Shown piece after piece: positions 48,751 through 58,310 of a DNA stretch of 64,000 nucleotides (its first letter is position 1; each line of letters opens with the position of its first letter). The notes under the pieces were generated by a model, which ran no database searches, was not told where the DNA came from, and was given only the letters and a program-made list of their open reading frames with translations. Origin of the DNA: an uncultured Spirochaetota bacterium (GTDB taxonomy: Bacteria; Spirochaetota; Spirochaetia; SZUA-6; Fen-1364); contig CAWAHW010000004.1 in assembly GCA_963781885.1 (NCBI GenBank), positions 448,001-512,000 on the forward strand, given 5' to 3'. The position numbers and the translations under genes were made by a program.

Positions 48751-51416
48751 TCGCGGCGCTCGTCGCGCTGCTGCTCTTCACCCCTCCCGCCTGCGCGCCC
48801 GCCGACACTCTCCACGTGACGATCTCCGTGGCTACCGAGGCTGCCGGTGCGGTCGCGAACGCCGACGGTCTTCAGAAGGGGCTCTCGCTGCTCTTCGGTC
48901 GCGAGTTCGGGAGATTTGCGGAGCTGTCGTTCGCGTCCGGGGCGGCCCCGCAACCGGGGGATTGGACGGCAGCCATCTCCATCGGGATCGACGCGGGGGC
49001 AATCCGCATCGACACTGATATGGGCGGCGCGGGAGCAACTCGGTCACTCTCGTCCACCGTGCCGCGCGGCGCGCCGGCCAGTCTCCTGTCGACGATGGCA
49101 GGGGACCTCGCTTTCCTGCTTTTCGCGTCGCGCGGCTTCTCCACGCTTCCTCTCGCCCCGGCTCCCGGCCTGACGGGACTGTTGTCGACCGACTCGCTCG
49201 GCGAGCTCACGGGCTGGAACCCCGAGGACCTGGAGCCCATCGGTCTTGCCTCTTCAGGGGAGAACATCACCGTCTGTTTCCCCCACTCCTGGCTCACGCT
49301 CGGACCTGGTTTCCGCATCGTCCCGCAGAGCATCCGCGACCTGCACGCGCTGAGCGGCGGCCGCGAACAGCTTCAGCTTTCCGGTCTTGCCGTCGGCACC
49401 GGGGACCGGCTCGTCCTCTTCTCCCAGGCGAGCGGAAAGCTCGTCCGCGAAAACCCGCGCCGGGGCACGCGCCAGCTCATCGATGCGCCGGGGCTTTCCG
49501 CGCTCCCCGGCCTGCTCCTGGACGACGGCACGCTCGTCGCACTCTCGGGCGATGAAAACTCACCGCGGCTGCTCCTCTCGTCACTTTCCGGCCCGGCGAC
49601 GAGCTGGCGCGCCGTTGCCGGCACGTACGTCTCGGCATTCTCCCGCGACAGGGAGGGAAATATCTGGGCCTGGGACGCCGTGGAGCGGCGCATCAGGGTG
49701 CTCACCCCTGCCGGCACGGAGGTCTTCTCCATCAAGCCGCTCCTCCCGGCGTCCACGATGCAGCTTCCGCAGCAGCTCGCCGTGCTGGATGACGGGAGCT
49801 TCCTCCTGGCCGGCTCGGGTGAGATCTGGCGATTTGAAAACACCGGCATCCCGGTCTGGCGCCTCACGCGCATCCCCGGCAGGCCGGGGGAGCAGCTCCC
49901 CGCCTCTTTTTTCGTCGCAGCAAACGGCACGACCGGTGATTTCACGATACTCGACGAGCAGTCGCGGCGGCTCATCGCCTTTTCCGCGGGCCCCACCGCC
50001 GCGGGGCTGCCCGCGCTCCTGGGCCGGCTGGACGGCCGCCGGCAGGCCGATCTACAGGCAGCCGCGGACGCCGCGCAAGATGACGGCCTTTCCCTCATGG
50101 CGTGGCAGCTGGGCGACCAGATCGCCCGGCTGGGCGGCCCCGAGAGTGAGAGGGCGGCCGCCCACATCGCCGTGCTGCGGGAGAAAGCGATGCTGTACGC
50201 CCAGTATGCCGATGCGCTGGCGCGCGACCTGCTCTATTCGCGGGCCGACATCGCCTACCTGCGGGCCGGTGAGGCCTCGCGCGAGCTCGCCGCGGAATCT
50301 CCCGTCGATCCTGACGCTCCGCGGCTTGTGCAGTCGGTGGTGGCGCGCAGGCTGGACGTGCGCTCCGCCCTTGCCCGCGCTTCCGATCTGCGCATTGACT
50401 CCGCGACCGCCCAGCTCCAGCGAAACGGCGGCTGCGCGGAGACGCTCGTGCTCCACCTTCACGTGGCCAACACCGCGGCGGCGCCGCTGATGCGCGTCCG
50501 GCTCCACCTTGCGCTCCCGTCGCTCCAGCCGGCGCCCGCGCTTGCCGCCGTGGACGAGCTTGCCCCCGGCGCGGCCGAAGACCTCGATGTCGCCCTCGGC
50601 GAGACGGAAGGCGCGATCGACTTCACAGACACGGCGGCGTCGGTCTTTGTCACCTACGACCGCGGCACAGAGGGAATATCCGCCGCATTCTCCCTTCCCG
50701 TGCAAATGGCAGCCGCCAAGGCCGCAGGCGCTGCGTCCGAGCTGGGCTGCAGGGTCCTTGCGGGCGACCCGCTCCTGGACGCTGTCTCCGATGACATGAC
50801 GGGCGTCAGCGGTTCCGCCGATGCGGACCGCTTCAGAAGCTTCGCGTCGACGTACGAAGCTGTCTCGATAGTTCGTGCGCAACAGGTCCAGCCCGCGGCG
50901 TCAGACCACGCCGTGGCGACAGGTGGCATCGGCCCGCAATCGGTCCGCGCGATCCTGCGCGGTCTTTCCGCCGATCGGAAGGACTGGGCGCTCCTTGCTG
51001 CTTCACTTGCAGCCTCGCGGGGTCTCGATGCAAGACTGCTCTCCGTGGGGGACGGCATCTTTGCGCTCGTGAGCACGGGCATGCCGATTTCGGATGCTGT
51101 CGCGAGATTCCCCGCGCTCGCGCCTCTTGAGCCGCTGCTGCGGAAAATCGCGCAAGACGACATGCTGTGGATTCCCCTGGACACTGCAATCGAGGCCGGC
51201 GAAGCAGATATGCTGGCGTCGGCGGTCCGTGATGCTGCCCGGGCGCTTGCCTCAGTAGATGTGCGCGCCGCCGATGTATGGCAAAGCGCGAGCGCCTCGA
51301 CGGGCGCGCCGCCGGTGCCGGTCCCCTTCCCGCTCGTGTTTCCGCCCGTGGCGATGCCGACAGACGACCCGTTCGCCGAAATCGTCGACGGCCTTCGAGA
51401 ATCGTTGCCGCAATAA
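48747..51416 (+). CDS. Large putative exported protein (beta-propeller-like, helical and Ig-like segments)
   Basis: 889-aa ORF with signal-like N-terminus, ATGA overlap with murE; NHL-like DREGNIWAWD...RRIRVL. Confidence 0.65.
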   Translation: MIAALVALLLFTPPACAPADTLHVTISVATEAAGAVANADGLQKGLSLLFGREFGRFAELSFASGAAPQPGDWTAAISIGIDAGAIRIDTDMGGAGATRSLSSTVPRGAPASLLSTMAGDLAFLLFASRGFSTLPLAPAPGLTGLLSTDSLGELTGWNPEDLEPIGLASSGENITVCFPHSWLTLGPGFRIVPQSIRDLHALSGGREQLQLSGLAVGTGDRLVLFSQASGKLVRENPRRGTRQLIDAPGLSALPGLLLDDGTLVALSGDENSPRLLLSSLSGPATSWRAVAGTYVSAFSRDREGNIWAWDAVERRIRVLTPAGTEVFSIKPLLPASTMQLPQQLAVLDDGSFLLAGSGEIWRFENTGIPVWRLTRIPGRPGEQLPASFFVAANGTTGDFTILDEQSRRLIAFSAGPTAAGLPALLGRLDGRRQADLQAAADAAQDDGLSLMAWQLGDQIARLGGPESERAAAHIAVLREKAMLYAQYADALARDLLYSRADIAYLRAGEASRELAAESPVDPDAPRLVQSVVARRLDVRSALARASDLRIDSATAQLQRNGGCAETLVLHLHVANTAAAPLMRVRLHLALPSLQPAPALAAVDELAPGAAEDLDVALGETEGAIDFTDTAASVFVTYDRGTEGISAAFSLPVQMAAAKAAGAASELGCRVLAGDPLLDAVSDDMTGVSGSADADRFRSFASTYEAVSIVRAQQVQPAASDHAVATGGIGPQSVRAILRGLSADRKDWALLAASLAASRGLDARLLSVGDGIFALVSTGMPISDAVARFPALAPLEPLLRKIAQDDMLWIPLDTAIEAGEADMLASAVRDAARALASVDVRAADVWQSASASTGAPPVPVPFPLVFPPVAMPTDDPFAEIVDGLRESLPQ

Positions 51417-51447
51417 CGCCGCCCCACACGGGCAGCCCCGGTGCCGC

Positions 51448-51497
51448 ATGCCGCGGAGTACCGCGACCGACCTGAATGCCACGGACTACCGTGGCCG
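51448..51497. repeat. Two short-form copies of dispersed hairpin element
   Basis: ATGCCGCGG-AGTA-CCGCGACCG and GAATGCCACGG-ACTA-CCGTGGCCG (reverse complement of 40-bp unit ends). Confidence 0.6.
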
Positions 51498-51558
51498 GCT
51501 TGACCCGTGGGCTGTTCTATGGCACTACGGGCGGGAGCAAAACGCGAAGGAGTCATTC

Positions 51559-51819
51559 ATGGGCTGGCGCACGGTCTTTCTCATCATTGCGATCATTGTG
51601 GGCCTGATCGGAATCTGGAACCTTGCGCGCCAGCGCAACGTCTTTCTTTCCCTGACCGGCATCTTCTGGTTCCTGATCGTGCTCTTCGCACAATATATTC
51701 CCAAGGCTTACGACCATCGCCTGGCATCGGGTCTTCCCAAGCTGGGAACACTCTTCCTCTACGTGATCGTTCCGGTCTTCGTGATACTCGCCTTTTTCAC
51801 GACCGACAACCGCAGGTAG
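51559..51819 (+). CDS. Small three-TM membrane protein
   Basis: AAGGAG SD; 86 aa, three hydrophobic helices. Confidence 0.7.
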   Translation: MGWRTVFLIIAIIVGLIGIWNLARQRNVFLSLTGIFWFLIVLFAQYIPKAYDHRLASGLPKLGTLFLYVIVPVFVILAFFTTDNRR

Positions 51820-52858
51820 CGGTCGCTGCGCGGGCGAGCCTGGCGGCCGCCCATCGTGCCGTTTCGCGCAAAAGCCGCGATTCATCTGAGCAGTAGCTTT
51901 CTATGACGGCGGCGAGTGAAGGCTCGCCGCTATTGCCCGCGGCGACCAGCGCATTGCGCAGAAGCGCCTCGACGGGAAGCCACGATACGCCCAGCGCCGT
52001 TCCTTTCAGGAAGGAGGCGCGCGCCACGGGGCTCATGCCCAGGAAACGCCGAAGGGAGATACCGGCCCCTATCTCGCCCTCCGCGACGGGCGCGGGGATT
52101 CTGAGCGCCGCATTGTGCGGACAGGCATCCTGGCAGTCCTGGCAGCCGTAGAGGCGCATGCCCCACGCCTCCCCGGCAAAGTCGGGAAAGGGTCGCGTCG
52201 AGCCTGCAAGCGACTGCAGGCACCGTGTCTGGTCCACGACGTAAGGCTCGGACAGCGCGCCCGCCGGGCAGGCAGCGGCGCAGCGACGGCAGCTGGCGCA
52301 GGGGTCGCCGTTGAAAGGGGCCGTGGTGGCGGCATCGGTTTTTTCCGGCGCGACGACCACGGGCAGCAGGACCCCCGCGATGACGAAATGCGAGCCAAGC
52401 CCGGGCACCAGCAGGAGGCCATTTTTGCCGTATGCCCCGATGCCCGATGCGGCGAGCAGGGGCTTTTCCGGGATGCGTGAATTGGAGAACAGGCGTATCG
52501 ACGAACGCGGGATGCCGAGCTCGCGCTCGAGGCGAAGACAGACGGTCCGCAGCAGCCGCACGGCCGTCCTGTAATAGTGGGCGCGGGCAAAAGGCGCGAT
52601 CAGGCCGTGCGGATCGCCCGAAAGGGCTGCATCGACAGAATCGTCCCGGTGACAGGACAGGCAGCAAACGAGTATCGAATGGGATCCGCTCCACCGGTCG
52701 GACTCCAGGAGCCAGTCCCACTCCATGCCCTTCAGGTGATCCTGCTCCCGCACCTCAGGCCGCAGGATTTTCTGCGCGCGCAGCGACAACAGCGGAAGAC
52801 GGGAAGGGTCGACAAAGGCGGCGCGGTGGAAGCCCGCTTCCCGGGCGTATGATTCCAC
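51797..52858 (-). CDS. queG: Epoxyqueuosine reductase (start approximate)
   Basis: PEK.L....GIG.YGKN.L, GS, CxxCxxCxxxCP, YGCQDCQDACPHN, RNALVAAGN. Confidence 0.8.
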   Translation of the reverse strand: MESYAREAGFHRAAFVDPSRLPLLSLRAQKILRPEVREQDHLKGMEWDWLLESDRWSGSHSILVCCLSCHRDDSVDAALSGDPHGLIAPFARAHYYRTAVRLLRTVCLRLERELGIPRSSIRLFSNSRIPEKPLLAASGIGAYGKNGLLLVPGLGSHFVIAGVLLPVVVAPEKTDAATTAPFNGDPCASCRRCAAACPAGALSEPYVVDQTRCLQSLAGSTRPFPDFAGEAWGMRLYGCQDCQDACPHNAALRIPAPVAEGEIGAGISLRRFLGMSPVARASFLKGTALGVSWLPVEALLRNALVAAGNSGEPSLAAVIESYCSDESRLLRETARWAAARLARAATATCGCRS

Positions 52859-52881
52859 CGTGCCGCGCGGGATGCCGCCGG

Positions 52882-53046
52882 TCAGTCCGTGCTCTTCTCG
52901 AAGTCTTCCTTGCTCGCGCCGCATACCGGACACACCCAGTCTGCGGGGAGCTTTTCGAAGGGAGTCCCCGCTGCGATACCGGCCTCGGGATCGCCTTTCG
53001 CGGGATCATAAATGTACCCGCACACGGTGCATACCCACTTGTCCAT
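52882..53046 (-). CDS. Rubredoxin
   Basis: [12 protein letters not shown]...[15 protein letters not shown]. Confidence 0.95.
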   Translation of the reverse strand: MDKWVCTVCGYIYDPAKGDPEAGIAAGTPFEKLPADWVCPVCGASKEDFEKSTD

Positions 53047-53122
53047 GGCCGCTCCTCTCTCGTGATTACGCGGAAGAATATCTGAATATGGGCCCGGGAT
53101 CAACCAGAATCGGCAGAAATCA

Positions 53123-53151
53123 TTGACAGCAGGTACCTTTTTCCCTACGCT
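53123..53151 (+). promoter_or_regulatory. Near-leaderless promoter
   Basis: TTGACA-N17-TACGCT-N8-ATG. Confidence 0.55.
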
Positions 53152-53159
53152 AAGAGATT

Positions 53160-54725
53160 ATGGGCCCTCAGGCCTCCAAGACGCCCCCGCAGCAGAAGTC
53201 CGCATTCCCCGCGAAGCCGGCCGGTTTTCTGGACCGGCTGGTCGCCCTGTTCGCAAGCGACGACCCGGAACGCCAGAAGCAGCGGCAGCTGCGGGACATC
53301 GCGAACGATCTCCGACGCAGCCGCCTGCACTTCTACAATCCCCAGAAGGCGACCGTGGAGCCGGGCCTGGCCCGTTTCCTCTGGGAGATCTACAAGGCCG
53401 TTGCCGCGGCGCAGGTGCTTGTCAAAGGGGCCGAGGTTTCCGGGGCGCTGAAAATGACGCTCGTGGACTCCTCCTTGTCGGAGGAGCAGGCCCTTCTCAA
53501 GGAAAGGTTGTCGGAGAAATCCATCGACGAGCGCGCCCGCAAGGGCATCGATCCCGCCGCGCTGGAAGCGGAAGTGAAACGGGACGTGAAGACCCTGCTG
53601 GAAGGGATCGACACGAACTGGATGAACGATCTGGACGCGCTGTTCAACAGGCTCCTCGTGCTCTTGGATCTCATCGGCTTCGACTATTTCTTCCTCCTCA
53701 AGAAGTTCGATCCCGGACTGCCCGAGCGGGACTTCTCCTACAATCCGCGCTTTGAGGCGGTGGAAGCGACCAGCGTCCTTGGCGAGCTGCAGGACTTCCT
53801 GGAAATCCTGCCGAACGTCGACCCCGACGCGGATTGGGACCGCATGCTCGCCGCTCTGAAGGAGCACCGCGGCATCAACGTCGTCTCCCGGGAGGCGCTG
53901 CGCAAAGCCATCCAGCTCATCCGCGACGTGCAGAAGAGCGGCCTCATGCCCCTCATCGTCCGGCACGCGATGCAGAACCCGTCGTGGAAGCCGCTCGTCC
54001 GCACGCACCGCGACCATATCGTCGAGCCCTACCTGTCGAAGCTCAAGGCGGAGGCGGAGACGACGGCGAAGAAGGTGGCCCACGGCCGGCACAGCGAAAA
54101 GCTGGAGGAGCTCGCGCGCGCGGTCTTCGGCTCGGGCTCCGTGGAAAAGCTCTCCCACTATTCGGAGGCCTCCAACCCCGAATACGCCCAGAAGATGCTC
54201 GGCGGCTTCCTCTACGTCTCCGCGCTGAACTACCTGCGCGCCTTCCTCGTGGAGTACCTGCCGAAGAGCATCCGCGAGGTCGTGGACCTCCTCATCATCA
54301 AGGGCAAGTGGGCAAACAACCAGCCCTCCCAGCAGATGTCGGAGGCGTTCCACCAGCTCCTGGCGGTGAGCGAAAAGATCGGGCGATTCGACACGGACCT
54401 CGCGGAGGACGGCGAGCTCGGGCGCCGCCTCAAGACCATTGCGCTGCGCACGGAAAGGGACCGCAAGGCAGTGGTCCAGCTCCGCATGGCCCTCCAGCAG
54501 GTGAACGATGAAGCGCGCACGTTGATCGGCGACTCGATCCAGCACTTCGTCGCCATCGCACGGGTGCTGAAGCTCGCGCACGAGGACATCGGCAAGGCGA
54601 ATCCCGCTTTCCTGGTGAACTGGAAAGAGCTGAAGCCCGCCTCCGACAAGGACCTGCGGGTGGTTGTCGCGGCCGTCTACAAGAAGATCTACAACTTCGT
54701 CCAGCTCATGCAGATGTACAAGTAG
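53160..54725 (+). CDS. Helical spirochaete-type conserved protein (DUF5312-like)
   Basis: 521 aa, strong codon bias; DPE..K.R.L..IA..L, FDYFFLLKKFD recalled from spirochaete DUF5312 proteins. Confidence 0.65.
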   Translation: MGPQASKTPPQQKSAFPAKPAGFLDRLVALFASDDPERQKQRQLRDIANDLRRSRLHFYNPQKATVEPGLARFLWEIYKAVAAAQVLVKGAEVSGALKMTLVDSSLSEEQALLKERLSEKSIDERARKGIDPAALEAEVKRDVKTLLEGIDTNWMNDLDALFNRLLVLLDLIGFDYFFLLKKFDPGLPERDFSYNPRFEAVEATSVLGELQDFLEILPNVDPDADWDRMLAALKEHRGINVVSREALRKAIQLIRDVQKSGLMPLIVRHAMQNPSWKPLVRTHRDHIVEPYLSKLKAEAETTAKKVAHGRHSEKLEELARAVFGSGSVEKLSHYSEASNPEYAQKMLGGFLYVSALNYLRAFLVEYLPKSIREVVDLLIIKGKWANNQPSQQMSEAFHQLLAVSEKIGRFDTDLAEDGELGRRLKTIALRTERDRKAVVQLRMALQQVNDEARTLIGDSIQHFVAIARVLKLAHEDIGKANPAFLVNWKELKPASDKDLRVVVAAVYKKIYNFVQLMQMYK

Positions 54726-54737
54726 GGAAATCCCGGG

Positions 54738-55238
54738 TCACCTTCGCCCTGCCCTGCTCTTCTGCACGTAGGCGGGGATGATGCCCAGCTCCACGTATCT
54801 CTTCCACACGGGCTCGGGAAGGTCGCGGCCGTCACCGATCCTGCGCCGGCAGGATGGCGCGCCGCAGTGGCAGTCCATGACGAAATCGTTCTCATCGAGC
54901 GTCGTGGAGTAATCGAATAAAATCTCCTCCCCTGCCGCGATGTCGCGTATGGCGACAAGATCCACCGTCGTGCCGTCGATGACCACGCCCGCGTTCGGCT
55001 CGCAGGAATGGTTGACGAAGTCGTCGGGGCCGCCGTCTGCGCCGATGTAGAGATCGGGGCCGATCTGCAGGGCGTACGTCGTCGCCGAGGTTTCCGCGTA
55101 ACGCAGAAAGGGTCCGGAGAAGCGGAGGATCCATGCCGCGGCAGGGATGGGCTCCCCGGCAAACACCCCGCGCGCATGCGTGCCCTGCTTCACGATCAGG
55201 GACGGTGCGCGCCGACCCGCCTGCCCGCCCGTGCTCAC
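54738..55238 (-). CDS. SET-domain protein-lysine methyltransferase with post-SET Cys cluster
   Basis: RGVFA, FVNHSCEPN, RDIAAGEEILFDY, CHCGAPSCR; GTG start overlaps rel stop (GTGA). Confidence 0.88.
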   Translation of the reverse strand: MSTGGQAGRRAPSLIVKQGTHARGVFAGEPIPAAAWILRFSGPFLRYAETSATTYALQIGPDLYIGADGGPDDFVNHSCEPNAGVVIDGTTVDLVAIRDIAAGEEILFDYSTTLDENDFVMDCHCGAPSCRRRIGDGRDLPEPVWKRYVELGIIPAYVQKSRAGRR

Positions 55239-57358
55239 GGCGTGCCCCCGGGCTGGATGTTCACCACCGACGGGATGGTGCGCAGGCTCTTCAAGACCCG
55301 GCCGAAATCCTCGCGGTTGTCCAGCTCCACGGTGAAGGCGCCGCGCAGGAGCTCGTTGCCGCTTTCTTCCAGCTTGCCCTCGATGAGATGGCCGCCCACC
55401 TTCTTCAGTGCCCCCTCGATCTCGGAGAACAGGTTCGACGCCAGGCGCGCGGTGACGAGGAAGCGCCGCGTGGATTTCGGCGACACCATTTCCCATTCCA
55501 CGTCGATGCTGCGCTCGGCGAAGTCCTTGATGGAGGCGATGCTCGGGCAGCCGATCTTGTGCACGGTGATGCCGCGGCCGCGCGAGACGTAGCCGACGAT
55601 CGCGTCACCGGTGGATGGCGTGCAGCATTGCGCCAGACGGATCATGATGTTGCGCTCTTCGCCGATGCGGATCGATACCTTCGACGCGTCGCGAAGCTGC
55701 GTCTCAGGCTCCACCGGCTCGACGGGAGACCCGGGCGCCGGTTTGCCGGGCTTCTGGAACACGAGCGGAGGGGCCGGCTCTTCCTTCTTCCGCGCGACGA
55801 TGTTGCGGTCGAAGATCAGGCCGGGCTCGTTCTGGCCGAGCCAGTGCTTGATCTTGGACCTGGCCTTGGATGTCTTCACGTAGCGCAGCCAGTCGAGGTG
55901 GGGATGCGCCGTCTTCGACGTCATGATCTCCACGACCTGCGTGTTCTTCAGCGGCTCCTTCAGCGGGATGATGACCCCGTCCGCCTTGGCCCCCGTGCAG
56001 CTGTCGCCGATGTCGGTGTGGATATGGTAGGCAAAATCGATTGCGGTGGATCCGTAGGGCAACTCCACGACGTCGCCCTTGGGCGTGAAGACATAGATGG
56101 AATCCCGCAGAAGCTCGCGCTTGATCTCGTCGAGGAAATCGCCCGAATGCGCCCCGCCCTGCCACTCCCGCAGCTTGTTGATGAGGGAGAGCTCCTTGGT
56201 CTTCTCCTCTTCCTTGCGCACGCCGCTCTTGTACAGCCAGTGCGCGGCGATGCCGTTCTCCGCCGTCTGGTGCATGGCGTGGGTGCGGATCTGGATCTCG
56301 ATGATCTTGCCCTCGTACCCCATGACCGTCGTGTGGAGGCTCTGGTAGCGGTTGGACTTCGGCATGGCAATGTAGTCCTTGAAACGCCCCTCCATTGGCA
56401 TCCAGAGCTTGTGGACGAGCCCCAGGAGCTCGTAGCACTGGCTGGTCGTGTCACACTGCACCCGCAGACCCAGGAGGTCGTAGATCTCCTCCAGCGGTTT
56501 GCCGCGCCGCCGCATCTTCTGGTAAATCGAATAGAAGTGCTTCGCGCGGGTTTCGATCTCTATTGCGATGCCGGCCTCGCGCGCTTCCCGGGTGATGGCC
56601 TCCTTCACCCGGTCGAGGTAGCTCGCGCGCTCGCTCCGCCGATCGGCCACGTACTGGCGGATCTGGTCGTAGACGGCCGGCTGCAGATGCTTGAGGCTCA
56701 GGTCCTCCAGCTCGTCCTTGATGCGCGAGATGCCGAGCCTTCCCGCCAGGGGTGCGTAGATGTCGAGCGTCTCCATCGCGATGCGCTTGCGCGCCTCCTC
56801 CTCCAGGAAGCCCAGCGTGCGCATGTTGTGCAGCTTGTCGGCAAGCTTGATGAGGATCACCCGCACGTCCTTCACCATGGCGAAGAGCATCTTGCGGATC
56901 GTCTCGGCGTGCTGGATCGTGCGGGACGAGCGGCCGCGGAGAACGGAGATCTTCGTGACGCCCTGGACGAGCTGCTCCACCTCCTTGCCGAACTCCTTGC
57001 GCAGCGCTGCCTTGCTCGTCTCGGTGTCCTCCAGCACGTCGTGGAGGAGCGCGGCAATGACGCCTTCCGCGTCCATGTGGATGTCGACGAGGATGGAAGC
57101 GACAGAGAGCGGATGGATGAAGAAGGGATCGCCCGATGCGCGCTTCTGCTCGCCGTGGAGCCGGCGCGCCCAGTCCGCCGCGGAGTGTATCTTGTCTTTT
57201 TCCTCGTCGGTGTAGGCGGCGAGCTTTTCCTCGAAGTAGGTGAGAAGCTCCGCAACCTCGGCGCTGGCGTGCGCGGCGACCCTCGCATCCATGGCCGCGC
57301 GGTCGGCAGGATCCGGCTCCTTTGGGGCGAGTCCCGCCGGCACTCCCAGCTCAGCCAT
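55235..57358 (-). CDS. rel: Bifunctional (p)ppGpp synthetase/hydrolase Rel
   Basis: LLHDVLED (hydrolase), KLADKLHNMRT, RFKDYIAMPK..YQSLHT, TGS, CC ZFD, ACT. Confidence 0.95.
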   Translation of the reverse strand: MAELGVPAGLAPKEPDPADRAAMDARVAAHASAEVAELLTYFEEKLAAYTDEEKDKIHSAADWARRLHGEQKRASGDPFFIHPLSVASILVDIHMDAEGVIAALLHDVLEDTETSKAALRKEFGKEVEQLVQGVTKISVLRGRSSRTIQHAETIRKMLFAMVKDVRVILIKLADKLHNMRTLGFLEEEARKRIAMETLDIYAPLAGRLGISRIKDELEDLSLKHLQPAVYDQIRQYVADRRSERASYLDRVKEAITREAREAGIAIEIETRAKHFYSIYQKMRRRGKPLEEIYDLLGLRVQCDTTSQCYELLGLVHKLWMPMEGRFKDYIAMPKSNRYQSLHTTVMGYEGKIIEIQIRTHAMHQTAENGIAAHWLYKSGVRKEEEKTKELSLINKLREWQGGAHSGDFLDEIKRELLRDSIYVFTPKGDVVELPYGSTAIDFAYHIHTDIGDSCTGAKADGVIIPLKEPLKNTQVVEIMTSKTAHPHLDWLRYVKTSKARSKIKHWLGQNEPGLIFDRNIVARKKEEPAPPLVFQKPGKPAPGSPVEPVEPETQLRDASKVSIRIGEERNIMIRLAQCCTPSTGDAIVGYVSRGRGITVHKIGCPSIASIKDFAERSIDVEWEMVSPKSTRRFLVTARLASNLFSEIEGALKKVGGHLIEGKLEESGNELLRGAFTVELDNREDFGRVLKSLRTIPSVVNIQPGGTP

Positions 57359-58310
57359 CGCCGGCCACTCCCTCGCGCTCCTGGCGCGGTTGTGGCATTT
57401 CGCCGGCCGCTCCCGGTAGCATTTCGCCGGCGCTTCTCTCCCGCAGGGCAGTCGGCGGTTCGGCCGCGGCAGGAGCCAGGCGCCCGGCAATCACGCGGTC
57501 GGCGCCGCCGAGGTCCTTTTCCACGTCGATGGTGTGGAAGCCTGCCTGGTCCATGAGCGCGTACAGACGATTGAACTGCAGGGGCGCGGCCTCCAGGAGG
57601 AGCCATCCGCCGGGCGAGAGCAGCCGGGGGGCCGAGCGGATGAGCCGCGCGGCAAGCGCGGTGCCATCGACGCCGCCCCTCAGCGCGAGCTCGGGCTCGG
57701 GCCAGCCTAGCGCCTGCATCTCCCTCACCTCTGCGTCCTTCAGGTACGGGGGATTGCCCACGATGACGTCGAAGGGACCGGGGACGCCATCGAGCAGGTC
57801 GGCGCGATAGGTGGCAAGCTCCGTGCCGAGGAGGCGCCGCGCGTTCATCGTCGCGACCGCAAGCGCATCCGTGGAGATGTCCGACGCGCTCACCTCCAGG
57901 TCAGGCACGGCGCGCTTCACGCTGATGCCGACGCATCCCGAGCCGGTGCAGGCGTCGTGGACGCGGCGCAGCTTGGGATCGCTCCGCACGAGCTGGAGCA
58001 CCTTCTCCACGAGCACCTCGGTGTCGGGGCGCGGCACGAGCACGCGCTCGTCCACGTAGAAGTCAAGGCCGTAGAACTCCTTCGCCCGCCGGATGTATGA
58101 CACCGGTGTCCCGGCGCAGCGGCGGTCCACGAGCCCGCGGAATCGCTCCTCGATGGATGGCTCCACCTCGTCGGGCAGCGCGGCGAGCAGCTTCTCTTTC
58201 GTGACGTCCAGGGCGTGCGCAAGGAGGACGAGCGCGTCGAGCAGCGGGGAGTCCACCTCGGCAAAGAACAAGGTGTCATAGCCCTCCGCGAGCAGGGAAC
58301 GGACCGTCAT
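57351..58310 (-). CDS. prmC: Release factor glutamine methyltransferase
   Basis: PRPDTE, DACTGSG, NPPY; low-complexity C-terminal extension. Confidence 0.93.
   Translation of the reverse strand: MTVRSLLAEGYDTLFFAEVDSPLLDALVLLAHALDVTKEKLLAALPDEVEPSIEERFRGLVDRRCAGTPVSYIRRAKEFYGLDFYVDERVLVPRPDTEVLVEKVLQLVRSDPKLRRVHDACTGSGCVGISVKRAVPDLEVSASDISTDALAVATMNARRLLGTELATYRADLLDGVPGPFDVIVGNPPYLKDAEVREMQALGWPEPELALRGGVDGTALAARLIRSAPRLLSPGGWLLLEAAPLQFNRLYALMDQAGFHTIDVEKDLGGADRVIAGRLAPAAAEPPTALRERSAGEMLPGAAGEMPQPRQEREGVAGDG
57362..57426. repeat. One long and one short copy of dispersed hairpin element inside the prmC 3' end
   Basis: CGGCCACTCCCTCGCGCTCCTGGCGCGGTTGTGGCATTTCG then CGGCCGCTCCCGGTAGCATTTCG. 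Confidence 0.75.
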
